From NCBI GenBank assembly GCA_903845935.1, contig CAIMZI010000023.1:693-64692 (forward strand): DNA of 64,000 nucleotides. Direction: 5' to 3'. Under the pieces are notes generated by a model. The model did not search any database. It was not told the origin of the DNA and worked only from the letters and a program-made list of their open reading frames with translations. The first letter of the stretch is position 1; each line of letters begins with the position of its first letter. Both the position numbers and the translations under genes were made by a program. Positions 34,171-45,274 of this stretch are shown piece after piece. This DNA is from an uncultured beta proteobacterium. GTDB lineage: Bacteria; Pseudomonadota; Gammaproteobacteria; Burkholderiales; Burkholderiaceae_C.

Positions 34171-35610
34171 TTAGAACGCAAACCATGCGTAGAGGAACAG
34201 GGTGTTGTTGTCACTGGCGTCACGCCCCAAACCGTCATAGTTGGTCGATGCGCCGTTGTATTTGCTGTATGCGGTGTACTGCGCACCGAGGCGTAGGTTT
34301 TGTAGCGGCAGGTAAAAGGCCTCCAGCGTATATCCATCGGTGCCGGGCTTACCTGCCACATTTCCGGTAACGCGCGTTGGGTCCTGATTCAACACGTTGG
34401 AGGTGCCGTCGGCGCTAAATGCCGAAGCGCTTCCCCCGTACTTTGCCAAGTAGGTATAGGCCAATTTGAGACGCGTTGTATTTACCGTGTCGCTCGCGCT
34501 ATAGGGGCTTAGTGAAGAATTCTGCAAGGAAGGATCGCCAGCCATGGTGTTGGCCGAGTAATTCGTTACCTGCTGCATATAGGCCAGTTGGGCCGTGAAG
34601 GTATGCGGGTCCAGAATGTATTGGTACTGCGCATCCAAGCCTGTGTTTCTGACCTGGTTATAGGCATTGGAGTCGGATGGGTCACTGCCGGCTTGGCCGT
34701 CGTATATCTTTGCCAGCATGCCGGAGGTGCCCAGCATCAGATTATGGGCGCCCCAATCCCGCGTATAGGCAAAGCGCCAATAGGGGTTATAGCCTTGCAG
34801 GCGCGTGATCTGGGAGTCGTCAACTCCCTCGCGGAACATGCGGAATGCGCCGTCGGCTGTGCCGTAAAAGCCGACTTCACCGTAATAGCTTCTGTCCAGA
34901 TAGGCGTAGGCGGTCAGGCCAACCACATTGCCACTTGGACCATAGGCGGGATAGGGCGCGTATCCATCCACAAACTGGTTGCTGCCTGGTGAGGGAACGG
35001 GCACATATTGCATCCATGTTGGCGCCGTGTTCCAGGGGTCGGCCATCGAGGGATGGTTGTTCAGGCTGACGCCATAAATCAGGTCGCGTTTTTCATCAAT
35101 CAGCCGGTCTGCAAAGCGGATGTCCATATTGTCGGCAACGGTATGGCCGGACGATGAACCGTCCGAGTTGGCAGACGCGTAACGGTCGTGCGTGATCTGC
35201 ACAAAGGCACCAATGTTGTCGGTGATCTTGCCTGCAGCAAACAGACTGCCGGTCGCCAGAATAGGCTCACCGTTCTTGTAAAAGTCTGAACCAGAATTGG
35301 AAGTGGATAAGCCGCTATCAGCCGTGTCGCTCTTGCTGGTATTGGCTACCGTAGCGTAACTGGCAACGCCCATGACCGACAGCGGCATGGTGCGCTCACC
35401 GATGGTGTAACCCGTCATCTTGAACATGCGGCCATAGGGTGTGAGCTCGGGAAACTGGCCTCCGGTATGACAGGCCACACAGTTTTGTCCAGTCTGCCGG
35501 GCAAAGGTTGGCAAGGCCTGGGCGGCCTGCGGGAGCAGCGCCATGGCCAGCGACACCAGCCCATAAGCGAGCGCATGGCGGCGCAAGGAGCGCAAGATCA
35601 TCGACTGCAT
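34171..35610 (-). CDS. fused monoheme cytochrome c / outer-membrane beta-barrel protein (Cyc2-like)
   Basis: Trimmed to ATG 35610 (AGGGGGA 6 nt upstream). The signal peptide ends AQA. The single CXXCH (NCVACH) starts 12 residues into the mature protein. The rest is porin-like and ends ...LFLYAWFAF (terminal Phe). Confidence 0.6.
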   Translation of the reverse strand: MQSMILRSLRRHALAYGLVSLAMALLPQAAQALPTFARQTGQNCVACHTGGQFPELTPYGRMFKMTGYTIGERTMPLSVMGVASYATVANTSKSDTADSGLSTSNSGSDFYKNGEPILATGSLFAAGKITDNIGAFVQITHDRYASANSDGSSSGHTVADNMDIRFADRLIDEKRDLIYGVSLNNHPSMADPWNTAPTWMQYVPVPSPGSNQFVDGYAPYPAYGPSGNVVGLTAYAYLDRSYYGEVGFYGTADGAFRMFREGVDDSQITRLQGYNPYWRFAYTRDWGAHNLMLGTSGMLAKIYDGQAGSDPSDSNAYNQVRNTGLDAQYQYILDPHTFTAQLAYMQQVTNYSANTMAGDPSLQNSSLSPYSASDTVNTTRLKLAYTYLAKYGGSASAFSADGTSNVLNQDPTRVTGNVAGKPGTDGYTLEAFYLPLQNLRLGAQYTAYSKYNGASTNYDGLGRDASDNNTLFLYAWFAF

Positions 35611-35724
35611 TTGGATTCCCCCTATCCTGGTTTCACAAGTCACCCCATGAGGCGCCCGGTATTGCCGCCTGGGCCACTCCATGGATTGAAGCTCCCGAGA
35701 ATAGACCTAGGACAGACGCACACT

Positions 35725-35738
35725 TTGATTCCGATCAA
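35725..35738. promoter_or_regulatory. consensus FNR box upstream of the cytochrome-porin operon
   Basis: TTGATTCCGATCAA is a perfect TTGAT-N4-ATCAA. Its centre is 121 nt upstream of ATG 35610 (minus strand) and 210 nt upstream of mdtA. Confidence 0.65.
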
Positions 35739-35941
35739 GTATGCTTAGATTGCGTACTAGGGTTTTCATAGGGGTAGATAGCCCTGCAGGATCTTGAACG
35801 CCCCCCAGGTTAAGCATTAGTAAAGTTGGAAATCTTCGCATCACAGCCACGATATTGAAAGACAAGCTTGCAACAATGTGGCAGCGCGGCACCGGGGCAA
35901 CCAGCCTGGCAGCCCTTGCACACCCTTCACGAAAAGATTCC

Positions 35942-37594
35942 ATGCGCAGCCACTTACACCCCATCGCACGCCGACACGGCGACAAGCATCCGTCATCCGG
36001 CAAAGCCAGCTATTGGATATTGACTGCACTGGTGGCTGTGGCCGCAGCCGGTGCAGGCTGGTGGCAATGGCATTCGCGTGCGGCAGACGGCACGGCCGGA
36101 AATCCGGCTAGCACTGTGACGCAAGGTGCGGCAAATGGAAACGGTGGCGGCGGGGGCGGTGGTGGGGGCGGTTCTCGCCGCTTTGGCGGGGGCAACGGAG
36201 TGCAGCCGGTATCGGTGCGTACGGCGCGTCAGCAGGATATCCGCGTCACCGTCAACGCCATTGGCAGCCTGAGCGCCTCCAACACGGCGGTGGTCCATGC
36301 CCAGGTCAGCGGCGTGCTGCAAAGCATCCGGTTTCAGGAAGGCCAGCAGGTCAAGGCCGGTCAGCTATTGGCGCAAATTGACCCGCGCGCCTTTGCCGCC
36401 ACCGCCACCCAGGCCGAGGGCTCGCTGGCACGCGACACGGCGCAACTGGAAAACGCCCGCGTCGATCTGGCACGCTACAAGAACCTACAGGCCTTGGATG
36501 CCGCGCCCAAACAGCAGCTCGACACCCAAGCCGCGCTGGTGCGCCAACTCGAAGGCACGGTCAAGGTGGACCAGGGCGCACTGGATAGCGCCAAGCTGCA
36601 ACTTTCCTACACCAAGGTGGTGGCGCCCATCAGCGGGCGCGTGGGCCTGAAGCAGGCCGACCTGGGCAATGTGGTGCAGCCGTCCGATGCCAACGGCATT
36701 GTGTCCATCGCCCAGACCCGGCCCATTGCCCTGGTGTTTGCTGTGCCTGCCTCGCAAGTGCCGCTGCTGCAGGCGCACCTGGCGGCCAAACAGGCTTTAA
36801 CGGTCCAGGCCTGGGACAAGAGCGGCCAGAAGCAACTGGCCAGCGGCCGCGTCAGCACCATAGACAACGCGATTGACCCTGCCACCGACACCATCAAGGT
36901 CAAGGCCATATTCCCGAATGCCGACGATGCGCTGTTTCCCAATCAGTCGGTGAGCGTGCGCCTGCAACTCGACACCCTCAAAGATGCACTGACCGTGCCC
37001 CAGGCTGCCGTGTTGCGCGGGGCGCAGGGCTTTTATGTCTATGTGGTGGAAACCGACAACACGGTGAGCACCCGCGTCATCACGCCCGGCGTCGTCGATG
37101 GCGACTGGATGGCGGTGGAAGGCGCTGTGCAGCCGGGCGAGAAGGTGGTGGTGGACGGCGTGGACCGCCTGCGCAATGGCGCCAAAGTAGAAGTCATCAC
37201 CCCCAACTTCAAGGGTGGCGGAACGGGCGGCGGCAAGTGGGGTGGCAAGCCCGGGGCGAACGCCAAGAGCGGCGCCGCCAGCGAACCCTCCAGCGCTGGA
37301 AACCCAACGGCTGTAGGCAAAGGCGCCGGTGACAAGCCTGTTGCAAGCGCAGGGCATGACCCAGAGAAGTCGGGCACGGCTGCGGCAGGCTCCAGCGCTG
37401 GGCAAAGGCCTAGCACCGGTGCGACAAGCGATGCTCCCGCTGTTGGAGGTAACGACGCAGACAGCGAACGCCGCAAAGCCTTTTTCCAGAGCCTGTCCCC
37501 GCAAGAGCGCGAGAAACTCAAGGCCATGAGCCCGGAGGAACGCCAGGCCTGGCGCGAGAAGATGCGCCAACAGCGTGGCGGCACGGCGAACTAA
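35942..37594 (+). CDS. mdtA: RND efflux periplasmic adaptor (MdtA-like) with a long disordered C-terminal tail
   Basis: It has a membrane anchor ([18 protein letters not shown]) and the adaptor core ([19 protein letters not shown]...QIDPR...[15 protein letters not shown]). The start is uncertain (ATG 35942 chosen within ORF 35855-37594). Confidence 0.75.
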   Translation: MRSHLHPIARRHGDKHPSSGKASYWILTALVAVAAAGAGWWQWHSRAADGTAGNPASTVTQGAANGNGGGGGGGGGGSRRFGGGNGVQPVSVRTARQQDIRVTVNAIGSLSASNTAVVHAQVSGVLQSIRFQEGQQVKAGQLLAQIDPRAFAATATQAEGSLARDTAQLENARVDLARYKNLQALDAAPKQQLDTQAALVRQLEGTVKVDQGALDSAKLQLSYTKVVAPISGRVGLKQADLGNVVQPSDANGIVSIAQTRPIALVFAVPASQVPLLQAHLAAKQALTVQAWDKSGQKQLASGRVSTIDNAIDPATDTIKVKAIFPNADDALFPNQSVSVRLQLDTLKDALTVPQAAVLRGAQGFYVYVVETDNTVSTRVITPGVVDGDWMAVEGAVQPGEKVVVDGVDRLRNGAKVEVITPNFKGGGTGGGKWGGKPGANAKSGAASEPSSAGNPTAVGKGAGDKPVASAGHDPEKSGTAAAGSSAGQRPSTGATSDAPAVGGNDADSERRKAFFQSLSPQEREKLKAMSPEERQAWREKMRQQRGGTAN

Positions 37595-37613
37595 CAGCGC
37601 TCAGAAAAGCGCC

Positions 37614-40600
37614 ATGAATCCTTCACGCATTTTTATTGAGCGTCCGGTCGCCACCTCGCTGCTGATGCTGGCCATCCTGCTGGCCGGCGCCCTGGCCTAC
37701 CGGCTGCTGCCCTTGTCGGCTCTGCCGGAGGTCGATTACCCGACGATTGAGGTCACCACGCTGTATCCCGGCGCCAGCCCGGATGTGATATCGACCACGG
37801 TGACGGCGCCGCTAGAGCGCCAGTTCGGCCAGATGCCGGGCCTGGGACAGATGACGTCTTCCAGCTCCGGTGGCGCCTCTACCATCACCTTGCGCTTCTC
37901 GCTCGGCCTGTCACTGGACGTGGCCGAGCAAGAGGTGCAGGCCGCCATCAATGCCGGCAGCAACCTGCTGCCGTCCGACCTGCCCATGCCGCCGGTTTAC
38001 AGCAAGGTCAATCCGGCCGATGCGCCGGTGCTCACCATTGCCGTGACTTCGCCCTCGCTGCCGGTGATCAAGCTGCACGACCTGACCGAAAACCGGCTCG
38101 CGCCCAAGCTGTCGCAGGTGGACGGCGTGGGCCTGGTCAGCATTGCCGGTGGGCGCAGGCCTGCCGTGCGGATACAGGCCAATCCGCAGACGCTGGCCGG
38201 TCTGGGCCTGTCGCTGGACGACATCCGCACGGCAATAGCTTCTGCCAATGTGAACCAGGCCAAGGGCAGCTTTGACGGCGCCCAGCGCGCCTCCACCATC
38301 GACGCCAACGACCAGCTGAAATCGGCCGCTGAATACCAGAACCTGATCATTGCCTGGAAGAATGGCAACCCGCTGCGCTTGCGTGATGTGGCAGAAATCG
38401 TGGACGACGCCGAAAACCTGCGCCTGGCGGCCTGGGCCGACAAGACGCCGGGCGTGATCCTGAACGTGCAGCGCCAGCCCGGCGCGAATGTGATTCAGAC
38501 CGTGGACCGCGTCAAGGCCTTGCTGCCGCGACTCAAAGCCACGCTGCCCGCCTCCGTGGATGTGCAAATCATTGCCGACCGTACCACCACCATCCGCGCC
38601 TCGGTGGATGACACTGAAGTAGAGCTGCTACTGGCCGTCGCTCTGGTGGTGCTGGTGATCTTCCTGTTCCTGCGCAACGCCCGCGCCACGCTGATCCCGG
38701 CGGTGGCGGTTCCGCTCTCCTTGGTCGGCACCTTTGGAGTGATTTATCTGGCGGGTTTTTCGATCAACAACCTCACCCTGATGGCGCTGACCATCTCCAC
38801 CGGTTTCGTGGTGGACGACGCCATCGTCATGATCGAGAATATTGCGCGCTTTGTGGAAGAAGGCGACACCCCCATGCAAGCCGCGCTCAAGGGCTCCAAA
38901 CAGATCGGCTTCACCATCATTTCGCTGACCGTGTCGCTGATCGCGGTGCTGATACCGCTCTTGTTCATGGGCGATGTGGTGGGACGACTGTTCCATGAAT
39001 TCGCCATTACGCTGGCGGTGTCCATCCTGATCTCGGCCGTGGTGTCGCTCACGCTCACCCCCATGATGAGCGCACGTCTGCTGCGGCCCGAATCGGAGCG
39101 CAAGCACAGCCGCCTGGGTGCTTGGAGCGGTCGCGCCTTTGACGCCCTGGTTGCCAACTATGGCCGCAAGCTGGACTGGGTGCTGAACCGCCCACTCTGG
39201 ACGCTGGGCGTTTTTGCCCTGACGCTGCTGGTCACCAGCATGCTCTACATCGGTGTGCCAAAAGGCTTCTTTCCGGTGCAGGACACCGGCCTGATTCAGG
39301 TGATTACCGAAGGCCCGCAGACCACCTCGTTTGCCGCCATGGCCGAGCGCCAGCAGGCCCTGGCCGAGGCAATTTTGAAAGACCCGGAGGTGGACCATCT
39401 GGCCTCCTTTATCGGCGTGGACGGCGCCAACGCCACGCTCAACAGCGGGCGCATGCAGATCACGCTCAAACCCTTTGCCCAGCGTAGCCACAGCGCCAGT
39501 GAAATCATCCACCGCCTCTCCGAGACCACCTCGCATGTGCCTGGCATTGCCGCCTATATGCAGCCGGTGCAGGACCTGAGCATTGAAGACCGCATCTCCA
39601 AGACCCAGTACCAGTTTCTGCTCAGTTCACCCGACGACAAGGATCTGGCCAGCGCCACCAACCGCCTGATGGAGCGCCTGCAGACATTGCCGCAGCTCGA
39701 GGACGTGGCCAGCGATTTGCAGAACCAGGGCCTGCAAGCCTATGTGCAGATCAACCGCGAGGCAGCCGGCAAACTCGGCGTAACGGTGGCGGCGATCGAC
39801 AACGCGCTTTACAACGCTTATGGGCAACGCCTGATCTCCACCATCTTCACCCAGGCCAGCCAGTACCGCGTGGTGCTGGAAGCGGCTGCACCCTACCGCA
39901 AAGGCATGGGCGCACTGGACGGCCTGTATGTGCCGGGCAGCAGCACCAATGCCAGCGGTGTAGCGACAGCGGTACAAGTTCCGCTGTCCTCGGTGGCGCA
40001 ATTTGTCGAGCAGCCGGTGGCACTGGCCATCAACCATGTGGCGCAGTTTCCCTCGGCCACCGTGTCCTTCAATCTGGCAAGCGGTGTGTCGCTGGGCGCG
40101 GCGGTGGATGCCATCAAGGCCGAGGAGGCCAAGCTCGACCTGCCGGCCAGCGTGGAGACCAGCTTTCAGGGCGCGGCCGAGGCCTTTCGCAATTCGCTCT
40201 CAAGCACCCTGCTGCTGATTTTGGCGGCTGTGGTGACCATGTACATCGTGCTCGGCGTGCTCTATGAAAGCTATATCCACCCGGTCACGATCTTGTCCAC
40301 CCTGCCCTCGGCGGGCCTGGGTGCGCTCTTGGCCCTGCTCTTGGCGCGCCAGGATTTGGGCGTGGTCGGCATCATCGGCATCGTGCTGCTGATCGGCATC
40401 GTCAAGAAAAATGCCATCATGATGATTGACTTTGCGCTGGACGCAGAGCGCGAGCAGGACCTGAGTCCGCGCGCCGCCATCCACCAGGCCTGCCTGCTTC
40501 GCTTCAGGCCGATTCTGATGACCACCATGGCCGCGCTCTTGGGCGCACTACCCTTGATGTTGGGAACCGGCGCCGGACATGAGCTGCGCCATCCGCTGGG

Positions 40601-40736
40601 CGTGACCATGGTCGGCGGCCTGATCGTCAGCCAGATCCTGACCCTGTTCACCACGCCGGTGATTTATCTGGAATTTGCCAAGCTGGCGCAAGCCTGGAAG
40701 CAGCGCGCTGAACGCCGCTCCGCGTTGCAACCATGA
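37614..40736 (+). CDS. mdtB: RND multidrug efflux permease (MdtB-like)
   Basis: Trimmed to [25 protein letters not shown]. The 1040-aa product has AcrB/MdtB family architecture. Confidence 0.85.
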   Translation: MNPSRIFIERPVATSLLMLAILLAGALAYRLLPLSALPEVDYPTIEVTTLYPGASPDVISTTVTAPLERQFGQMPGLGQMTSSSSGGASTITLRFSLGLSLDVAEQEVQAAINAGSNLLPSDLPMPPVYSKVNPADAPVLTIAVTSPSLPVIKLHDLTENRLAPKLSQVDGVGLVSIAGGRRPAVRIQANPQTLAGLGLSLDDIRTAIASANVNQAKGSFDGAQRASTIDANDQLKSAAEYQNLIIAWKNGNPLRLRDVAEIVDDAENLRLAAWADKTPGVILNVQRQPGANVIQTVDRVKALLPRLKATLPASVDVQIIADRTTTIRASVDDTEVELLLAVALVVLVIFLFLRNARATLIPAVAVPLSLVGTFGVIYLAGFSINNLTLMALTISTGFVVDDAIVMIENIARFVEEGDTPMQAALKGSKQIGFTIISLTVSLIAVLIPLLFMGDVVGRLFHEFAITLAVSILISAVVSLTLTPMMSARLLRPESERKHSRLGAWSGRAFDALVANYGRKLDWVLNRPLWTLGVFALTLLVTSMLYIGVPKGFFPVQDTGLIQVITEGPQTTSFAAMAERQQALAEAILKDPEVDHLASFIGVDGANATLNSGRMQITLKPFAQRSHSASEIIHRLSETTSHVPGIAAYMQPVQDLSIEDRISKTQYQFLLSSPDDKDLASATNRLMERLQTLPQLEDVASDLQNQGLQAYVQINREAAGKLGVTVAAIDNALYNAYGQRLISTIFTQASQYRVVLEAAAPYRKGMGALDGLYVPGSSTNASGVATAVQVPLSSVAQFVEQPVALAINHVAQFPSATVSFNLASGVSLGAAVDAIKAEEAKLDLPASVETSFQGAAEAFRNSLSSTLLLILAAVVTMYIVLGVLYESYIHPVTILSTLPSAGLGALLALLLARQDLGVVGIIGIVLLIGIVKKNAIMMIDFALDAEREQDLSPRAAIHQACLLRFRPILMTTMAALLGALPLMLGTGAGHELRHPLGVTMVGGLIVSQILTLFTTPVIYLEFAKLAQAWKQRAERRSALQP

Positions 40737-43700
40737 ACATCTCTGCACCGTTTATTGCAAGGCCGGTGGCGACTACGCTGATCACGCTGGGCGTGGGTCT
40801 GGCCGGGCTTTTAAGCTTCTGGTTGTTGCCGATTGCGCCGTTGCCGCAGGTGGACATACCCACGATTTCGGTCAGCGCCTCGCTGCCAGGCGCCAGTCCC
40901 GACACCATGGCCGCCACCGTTGCCACGCCGCTGGAGCGGGTGCTGGGCAGCATCGCCGGTGTCAATGAAATCACCTCGCGCTCCTCGCTGGGCTCCACCA
41001 ATATCACGCTGCAGTTCGACCTGAAGCGCGACATCAATGGCGCGGCGCGCGATGTGCAGGCTGCCATCAATGCAGCGCGCACCCTGCTGCCCAGCGGCAT
41101 GCCCAGCAACCCGAGTTACCGCAAGGTGAACCCGGCCGATGCGCCCATCATGATTCTGTCGCTGACCTCAGACACGCTGACGCGCGGCCAGATGTATGAC
41201 GCTGCAAGCACCGTGCTGGCGCAGCGCATTGCACAGGTGGATGGCGTGGGGCAGGTGTCGGTGGGCGGTGGCGCCCTGCCAGCCGTGCGGGTGGAGCTCA
41301 ACCCCGACAAACTGGCAGCACAGGGCATTGCGCTGGACAACATCCGCGTGGCGTTGACCGCCACCAATGCCAACCGTCCCAAGGGTTCGCTCGAAGACGG
41401 CAACCGGGCTTGGGCATTGGGCGCCAATGACCAGGCCCGCACCGCCGCCGACTACGCACCCATCATCCTGAGCTACCGCAATGGCGCGGCGGTGCGGCTG
41501 CGCGATGTGGCCGAGGTACGCGATTCGGTGCAGGACGTGCGCAACTACGGCGTCTCCAATGGCAAACCGTCCATCGTGCTGTTTGTGCTGAAGGAGCCTG
41601 GCGCCAACATTATCGAAACCGTGCAACGCGTGCGCGACCTGCTGCCGCGCCTGCAAGCGTCCATTCCCAGCGCCATCGATATCAGCGTGCTGAGCGACCG
41701 CACGCCCACCATACGCGCCTCGCTGCGTGAGGTTGAGCGCTCGCTGGCGATTGCTGTGGGTCTGGTGATTCTGGTGGTGTTGCTGTTTTTGCGCAGCTGG
41801 CGCGCCACCTTGCTGCCGGCCGTTGCGGTGCCGGTGTCGCTGGCCGGCACCCTGGGCGTGATGGTCCTGTGCGGCTATAGCCTGGACAATCTCTCGGCCA
41901 TGGCACTGACCGTGGCCACCGGCTTTGTGGTCGACGACGCCATCGTCGTTTTGGAGAACATCACGCGTTACACCGAGCAGGGTTTTTCGGCACGCGAAGC
42001 CGCACTCAAGGGGGCGCGCGAAATCGGCTTTACCGTGCTGTCCATCAGCATCTCGCTGATCGCCGTGTTCATTCCCATTCTGATGATGGGCGGCGTGGTG
42101 GGCCGCTTGTTCCGCGAATTTGCGGTGGTGCTGTCCTCGGCCATTCTGGTGTCCATGCTGGTGTCGCTGACCACCACGCCCATGATGGCCTCGGTGCTGC
42201 TGCGGCCCCAAAGCGCGCCACGCCAGCCTTCGCGTCCGCACAGGCCCTGGCTTCGGATGGCGCTGCGCTGGGCCGACACAGTGGGCCGCTGGATGGAGTC
42301 TATGGGACGCGCATGTGCGCGTGGCTACCGACGCAGCCTGGTCTGGACGCTGCGCCATCAGCCTGTCGCCATGCTCTCGTTGGCAGCAGTGGTGGCGCTC
42401 AATGTCTATTTGTACACGGCCATCCCTAAAACCTTTTTTCCGCAACAGGACACCGGCGTCATCGTTGGTGGCGTGCAGGCCGACCAGGGCAGTTCCTTCG
42501 CCATGATGCACGCGCGGGTCGATAAATTTGTGGCCATCGTCAGGGCCGATCCGGCGGTGGCCAACGTCAATGGCTCCACTGGCGGCGGCAACTCGGCCAA
42601 TTTTTATATCACCCTGAAGCCGCTGGCCGAGCGCCAGCTGTCGGTAGACGGCGTGATTGCCCGGCTGCGTGGCAAACTGGCGCATGAGCCCGGCGCCAAT
42701 TTGTACCTGGTGCCAGTGCAGGACATTCGCATCGGCGGGCGTCAGTCCAACGCCCAGTACCAGTACACCTTGCAGGCCGATTCGGTGGACGATCTGCGCA
42801 CCTGGGAGCCGCGCATCCGCGCGGCCCTGATGAAACTGCCGGAACTTGCCGACGTCAACAGCGACCAGCAGGACAAAGGCATGCAGACCTCCATCACGAT
42901 TGACCGCGATGCGGCGGCGCGCCTGGGTGTGAGCGTAAGCAACCTGGACACCACGCTCAACGACGCCTTTGGCCAACGCCAGGTCGGGGTGATTTACAAC
43001 CCGCTGAATCAATACCGGGTGGTGATGGAATTTGCGCCCGAATTTGCACAGGGGCCGGAAATGCTGGCGCGCCTGTTTGTCACCAGCAAGAGCGGTGCGC
43101 AGGTGCCGCTGTCCAGCTTTGCCAAGGTGGAGACCACCAACACGCCGCTCAGCACCAACCACCAAAGCGGCACACCGGCCTCCACCATCAGCTTCAACTT
43201 GCCGGTGGGCGTGTCGCTATCGGACGCCACGGCGGCAATTGACAGCGCTATTTTGCAGACCGGCGTGCCGGTATCGGTGCGCGGCAGCTTCCAGGGCACG
43301 GCCAATGCCTTCCAGCAGTCGATGGGATCGCAGCCGGTGCTGATTGCGGCGGCGCTGCTGACCATTTATCTGGTGTTGGGCATTCTTTACGAAAGCCTGA
43401 TTCATCCGCTGACCATCATCTCCACCCTGCCCTCGGCCGGAGTCGGTGCGCTATTGGCACTGATGCTGTTCAACACCGAGTTTTCCATCATTGCCTTTAT
43501 CGGCGTGATCCTGCTGATCGGCATCGTCAAGAAGAACGCCATCATGATGATTGACTTTGCGATTGCGCGGCAACGCGAAGGTCAAGCCAGCGCCGGTGCC
43601 GCCATTTACCGTGCCGCTCGCCTGCGCCTGCGCCCGATTTTGATGACCACCATGGCCGCCATTTTTGGCGCCGTGCCCCTGGCCTTGGGCACGGGCGACG

Positions 43701-43870
43701 GTGCCGAGATGCGTCAACCGCTGGGCATTGCCATCGTGGGTGGCCTGATCCTGAGCCAGTTGCTCACGCTCTACACCACGCCGGTGGTCTACGTGCTGAT
43801 GGATAGGCTGGCCACCAAACGCCGTCGCACTGCCGCCGCAACCCTTTCCGTCATCGTCGCACCCGCCTGA
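40733..43870 (+). CDS. mdtC: RND multidrug efflux permease (MdtC-like)
   Basis: 1045 aa starting [25 protein letters not shown] overlap with mdtB. A tandem RND pair is characteristic of MdtBC. Confidence 0.85.
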   Translation: MNISAPFIARPVATTLITLGVGLAGLLSFWLLPIAPLPQVDIPTISVSASLPGASPDTMAATVATPLERVLGSIAGVNEITSRSSLGSTNITLQFDLKRDINGAARDVQAAINAARTLLPSGMPSNPSYRKVNPADAPIMILSLTSDTLTRGQMYDAASTVLAQRIAQVDGVGQVSVGGGALPAVRVELNPDKLAAQGIALDNIRVALTATNANRPKGSLEDGNRAWALGANDQARTAADYAPIILSYRNGAAVRLRDVAEVRDSVQDVRNYGVSNGKPSIVLFVLKEPGANIIETVQRVRDLLPRLQASIPSAIDISVLSDRTPTIRASLREVERSLAIAVGLVILVVLLFLRSWRATLLPAVAVPVSLAGTLGVMVLCGYSLDNLSAMALTVATGFVVDDAIVVLENITRYTEQGFSAREAALKGAREIGFTVLSISISLIAVFIPILMMGGVVGRLFREFAVVLSSAILVSMLVSLTTTPMMASVLLRPQSAPRQPSRPHRPWLRMALRWADTVGRWMESMGRACARGYRRSLVWTLRHQPVAMLSLAAVVALNVYLYTAIPKTFFPQQDTGVIVGGVQADQGSSFAMMHARVDKFVAIVRADPAVANVNGSTGGGNSANFYITLKPLAERQLSVDGVIARLRGKLAHEPGANLYLVPVQDIRIGGRQSNAQYQYTLQADSVDDLRTWEPRIRAALMKLPELADVNSDQQDKGMQTSITIDRDAAARLGVSVSNLDTTLNDAFGQRQVGVIYNPLNQYRVVMEFAPEFAQGPEMLARLFVTSKSGAQVPLSSFAKVETTNTPLSTNHQSGTPASTISFNLPVGVSLSDATAAIDSAILQTGVPVSVRGSFQGTANAFQQSMGSQPVLIAAALLTIYLVLGILYESLIHPLTIISTLPSAGVGALLALMLFNTEFSIIAFIGVILLIGIVKKNAIMMIDFAIARQREGQASAGAAIYRAARLRLRPILMTTMAAIFGAVPLALGTGDGAEMRQPLGIAIVGGLILSQLLTLYTTPVVYVLMDRLATKRRRTAAATLSVIVAPA

Positions 43871-43877
43871 GGTTTTT

Positions 43878-45266
43878 ATGTTGCACCCCTTTCCCAAAAC
43901 CCTGTTGGCCGTGGCCGTCACGTTGCTGCTCTGTGCCTGCGCAGTGACGCGTGTAGATCCACCCGTTGCTGCCACTGCACCGGCACAATTTAAGGAAGCT
44001 TTGCCTTCCTCACAGGCTGCCGCTGTGCCAGATGCCTGGTGGACCCTGTTCCAGGACCCGGTGCTCGACGAGCTGGAACGCCGCGTCGTCATCGGCAACG
44101 AAACGCTAAAGGCATCGGTGGCCCAATTGGCCGCCGCTCGCGCCGCGCTGAATGCCAGCCAGACCGCTGTCTACCCGACAGTATCCGCGGGACTCACTGG
44201 CACGCGCGCCTACACTAACACTTCCAGCGCTTCAGGCAATCCTGCAGACAATGTGTCTCTCGCCGCCAGTGCCTCGTGGGAGCTGGACCTGTGGGGACGC
44301 CTATCGATGGCAACGCAGGGCGCACAGGCCACGGCCCAGGCCTCCGAGGCCGACTTGGCTGCGGCACGCCTGTCGGTGCAAGCGGCGCTGGCGCAGGGCT
44401 ATTTTTCGCTGCGCGCGGCAGAAGTCCAGCAGGAGCTGCTGACACGCAATGTGCTGGCCTACCAGAAGGCCTTGGAACTCACCCAGGTACGCTATTCGGC
44501 AGGGGTTGCCGGATTGACGGACGTGCTGCAGGCCAAAACCCAGCTTAACGGCACGCAGACCCAACTGGCCGACACCATGGCACAACGTGCGCAACTGGAA
44601 CATGCGCTGGCCGTGCTGCTGGGCCTGCCGCCCTCCAGCTTCAGCCTAGTGCGCACGGCCACGCTGCCGGCTGCAGTATTGGTCCCTTCATCGCTGCCGT
44701 CCACCTTGCTGGAACGCCGCCCCGACATCGCCGCCGCACGCGAACGCGTCAAGGCAGCATACGCACAGATCGGCATCACCGATGCAGCCCTCTTTCCCAC
44801 GCTCAGCTTGTCGGCCAGCGCCGGTTACGGCCAGAACTCGATCGCCAATTTGCTAAACACGCCGAACCTGCTATGGAACCTGGGTGCTGGCCTGACCCAG
44901 TCGCTGTTCGACGGTGGCACACGCAAGTTGGCCAGTGCCCAGGCCCGCGCAACGGCAGAGCAGGTGACTTCCAGCTACCGGCAACTGGTGCTGACTGCGC
45001 TGCAGGAAGTGGAAGACAACCTGGTGCTGTCCAGCCGCCTGCAAGACGAGGTGAGTTCACAAACCGAGGCCTGGCAATCGGCGCAGCGCAATCTGGACAT
45101 CGTCATGGCGCAGTACCGCGCCGGTACCGTGGGCTACCTCAACGTCAGTGCCGCGCAAAGTTCGGCACTGACTGCCGAGGCCACGCTGGTGACGGTGCGC
45201 AACCGCCAGCTGGCGGCGGTGAACACCTTGCTGAAAAATCTCGCGGGACGCTGGGAGGCGAGCTGA
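43878..45266 (+). CDS. efflux outer-membrane factor lipoprotein (NodT/OprM family)
   Basis: 462 aa with an N-terminal lipoprotein-like LLLCACAV. Internally repeated coiled segments are typical of OMF proteins (LAAARLSVQAALAQGYFSLR...). Confidence 0.85.
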   Translation: MLHPFPKTLLAVAVTLLLCACAVTRVDPPVAATAPAQFKEALPSSQAAAVPDAWWTLFQDPVLDELERRVVIGNETLKASVAQLAAARAALNASQTAVYPTVSAGLTGTRAYTNTSSASGNPADNVSLAASASWELDLWGRLSMATQGAQATAQASEADLAAARLSVQAALAQGYFSLRAAEVQQELLTRNVLAYQKALELTQVRYSAGVAGLTDVLQAKTQLNGTQTQLADTMAQRAQLEHALAVLLGLPPSSFSLVRTATLPAAVLVPSSLPSTLLERRPDIAAARERVKAAYAQIGITDAALFPTLSLSASAGYGQNSIANLLNTPNLLWNLGAGLTQSLFDGGTRKLASAQARATAEQVTSSYRQLVLTALQEVEDNLVLSSRLQDEVSSQTEAWQSAQRNLDIVMAQYRAGTVGYLNVSAAQSSALTAEATLVTVRNRQLAAVNTLLKNLAGRWEAS

Positions 45267-45274
45267 ACCGGCGA

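Noticed and set aside
36143-36172. Run of about ten glycine codons in mdtA as a slipped-strand phase-variation tract
   Set aside because: The tract uses mixed GGT/GGC/GGG codons rather than a perfect simple-sequence repeat. Any slippage by whole codons would stay in frame.
41168-43165. 665-aa minus-strand ORF within mdtC (also 38628-39536 and 37911-38567 within mdtB)
   Set aside because: These are shadow ORFs opposite highly conserved RND permease genes.
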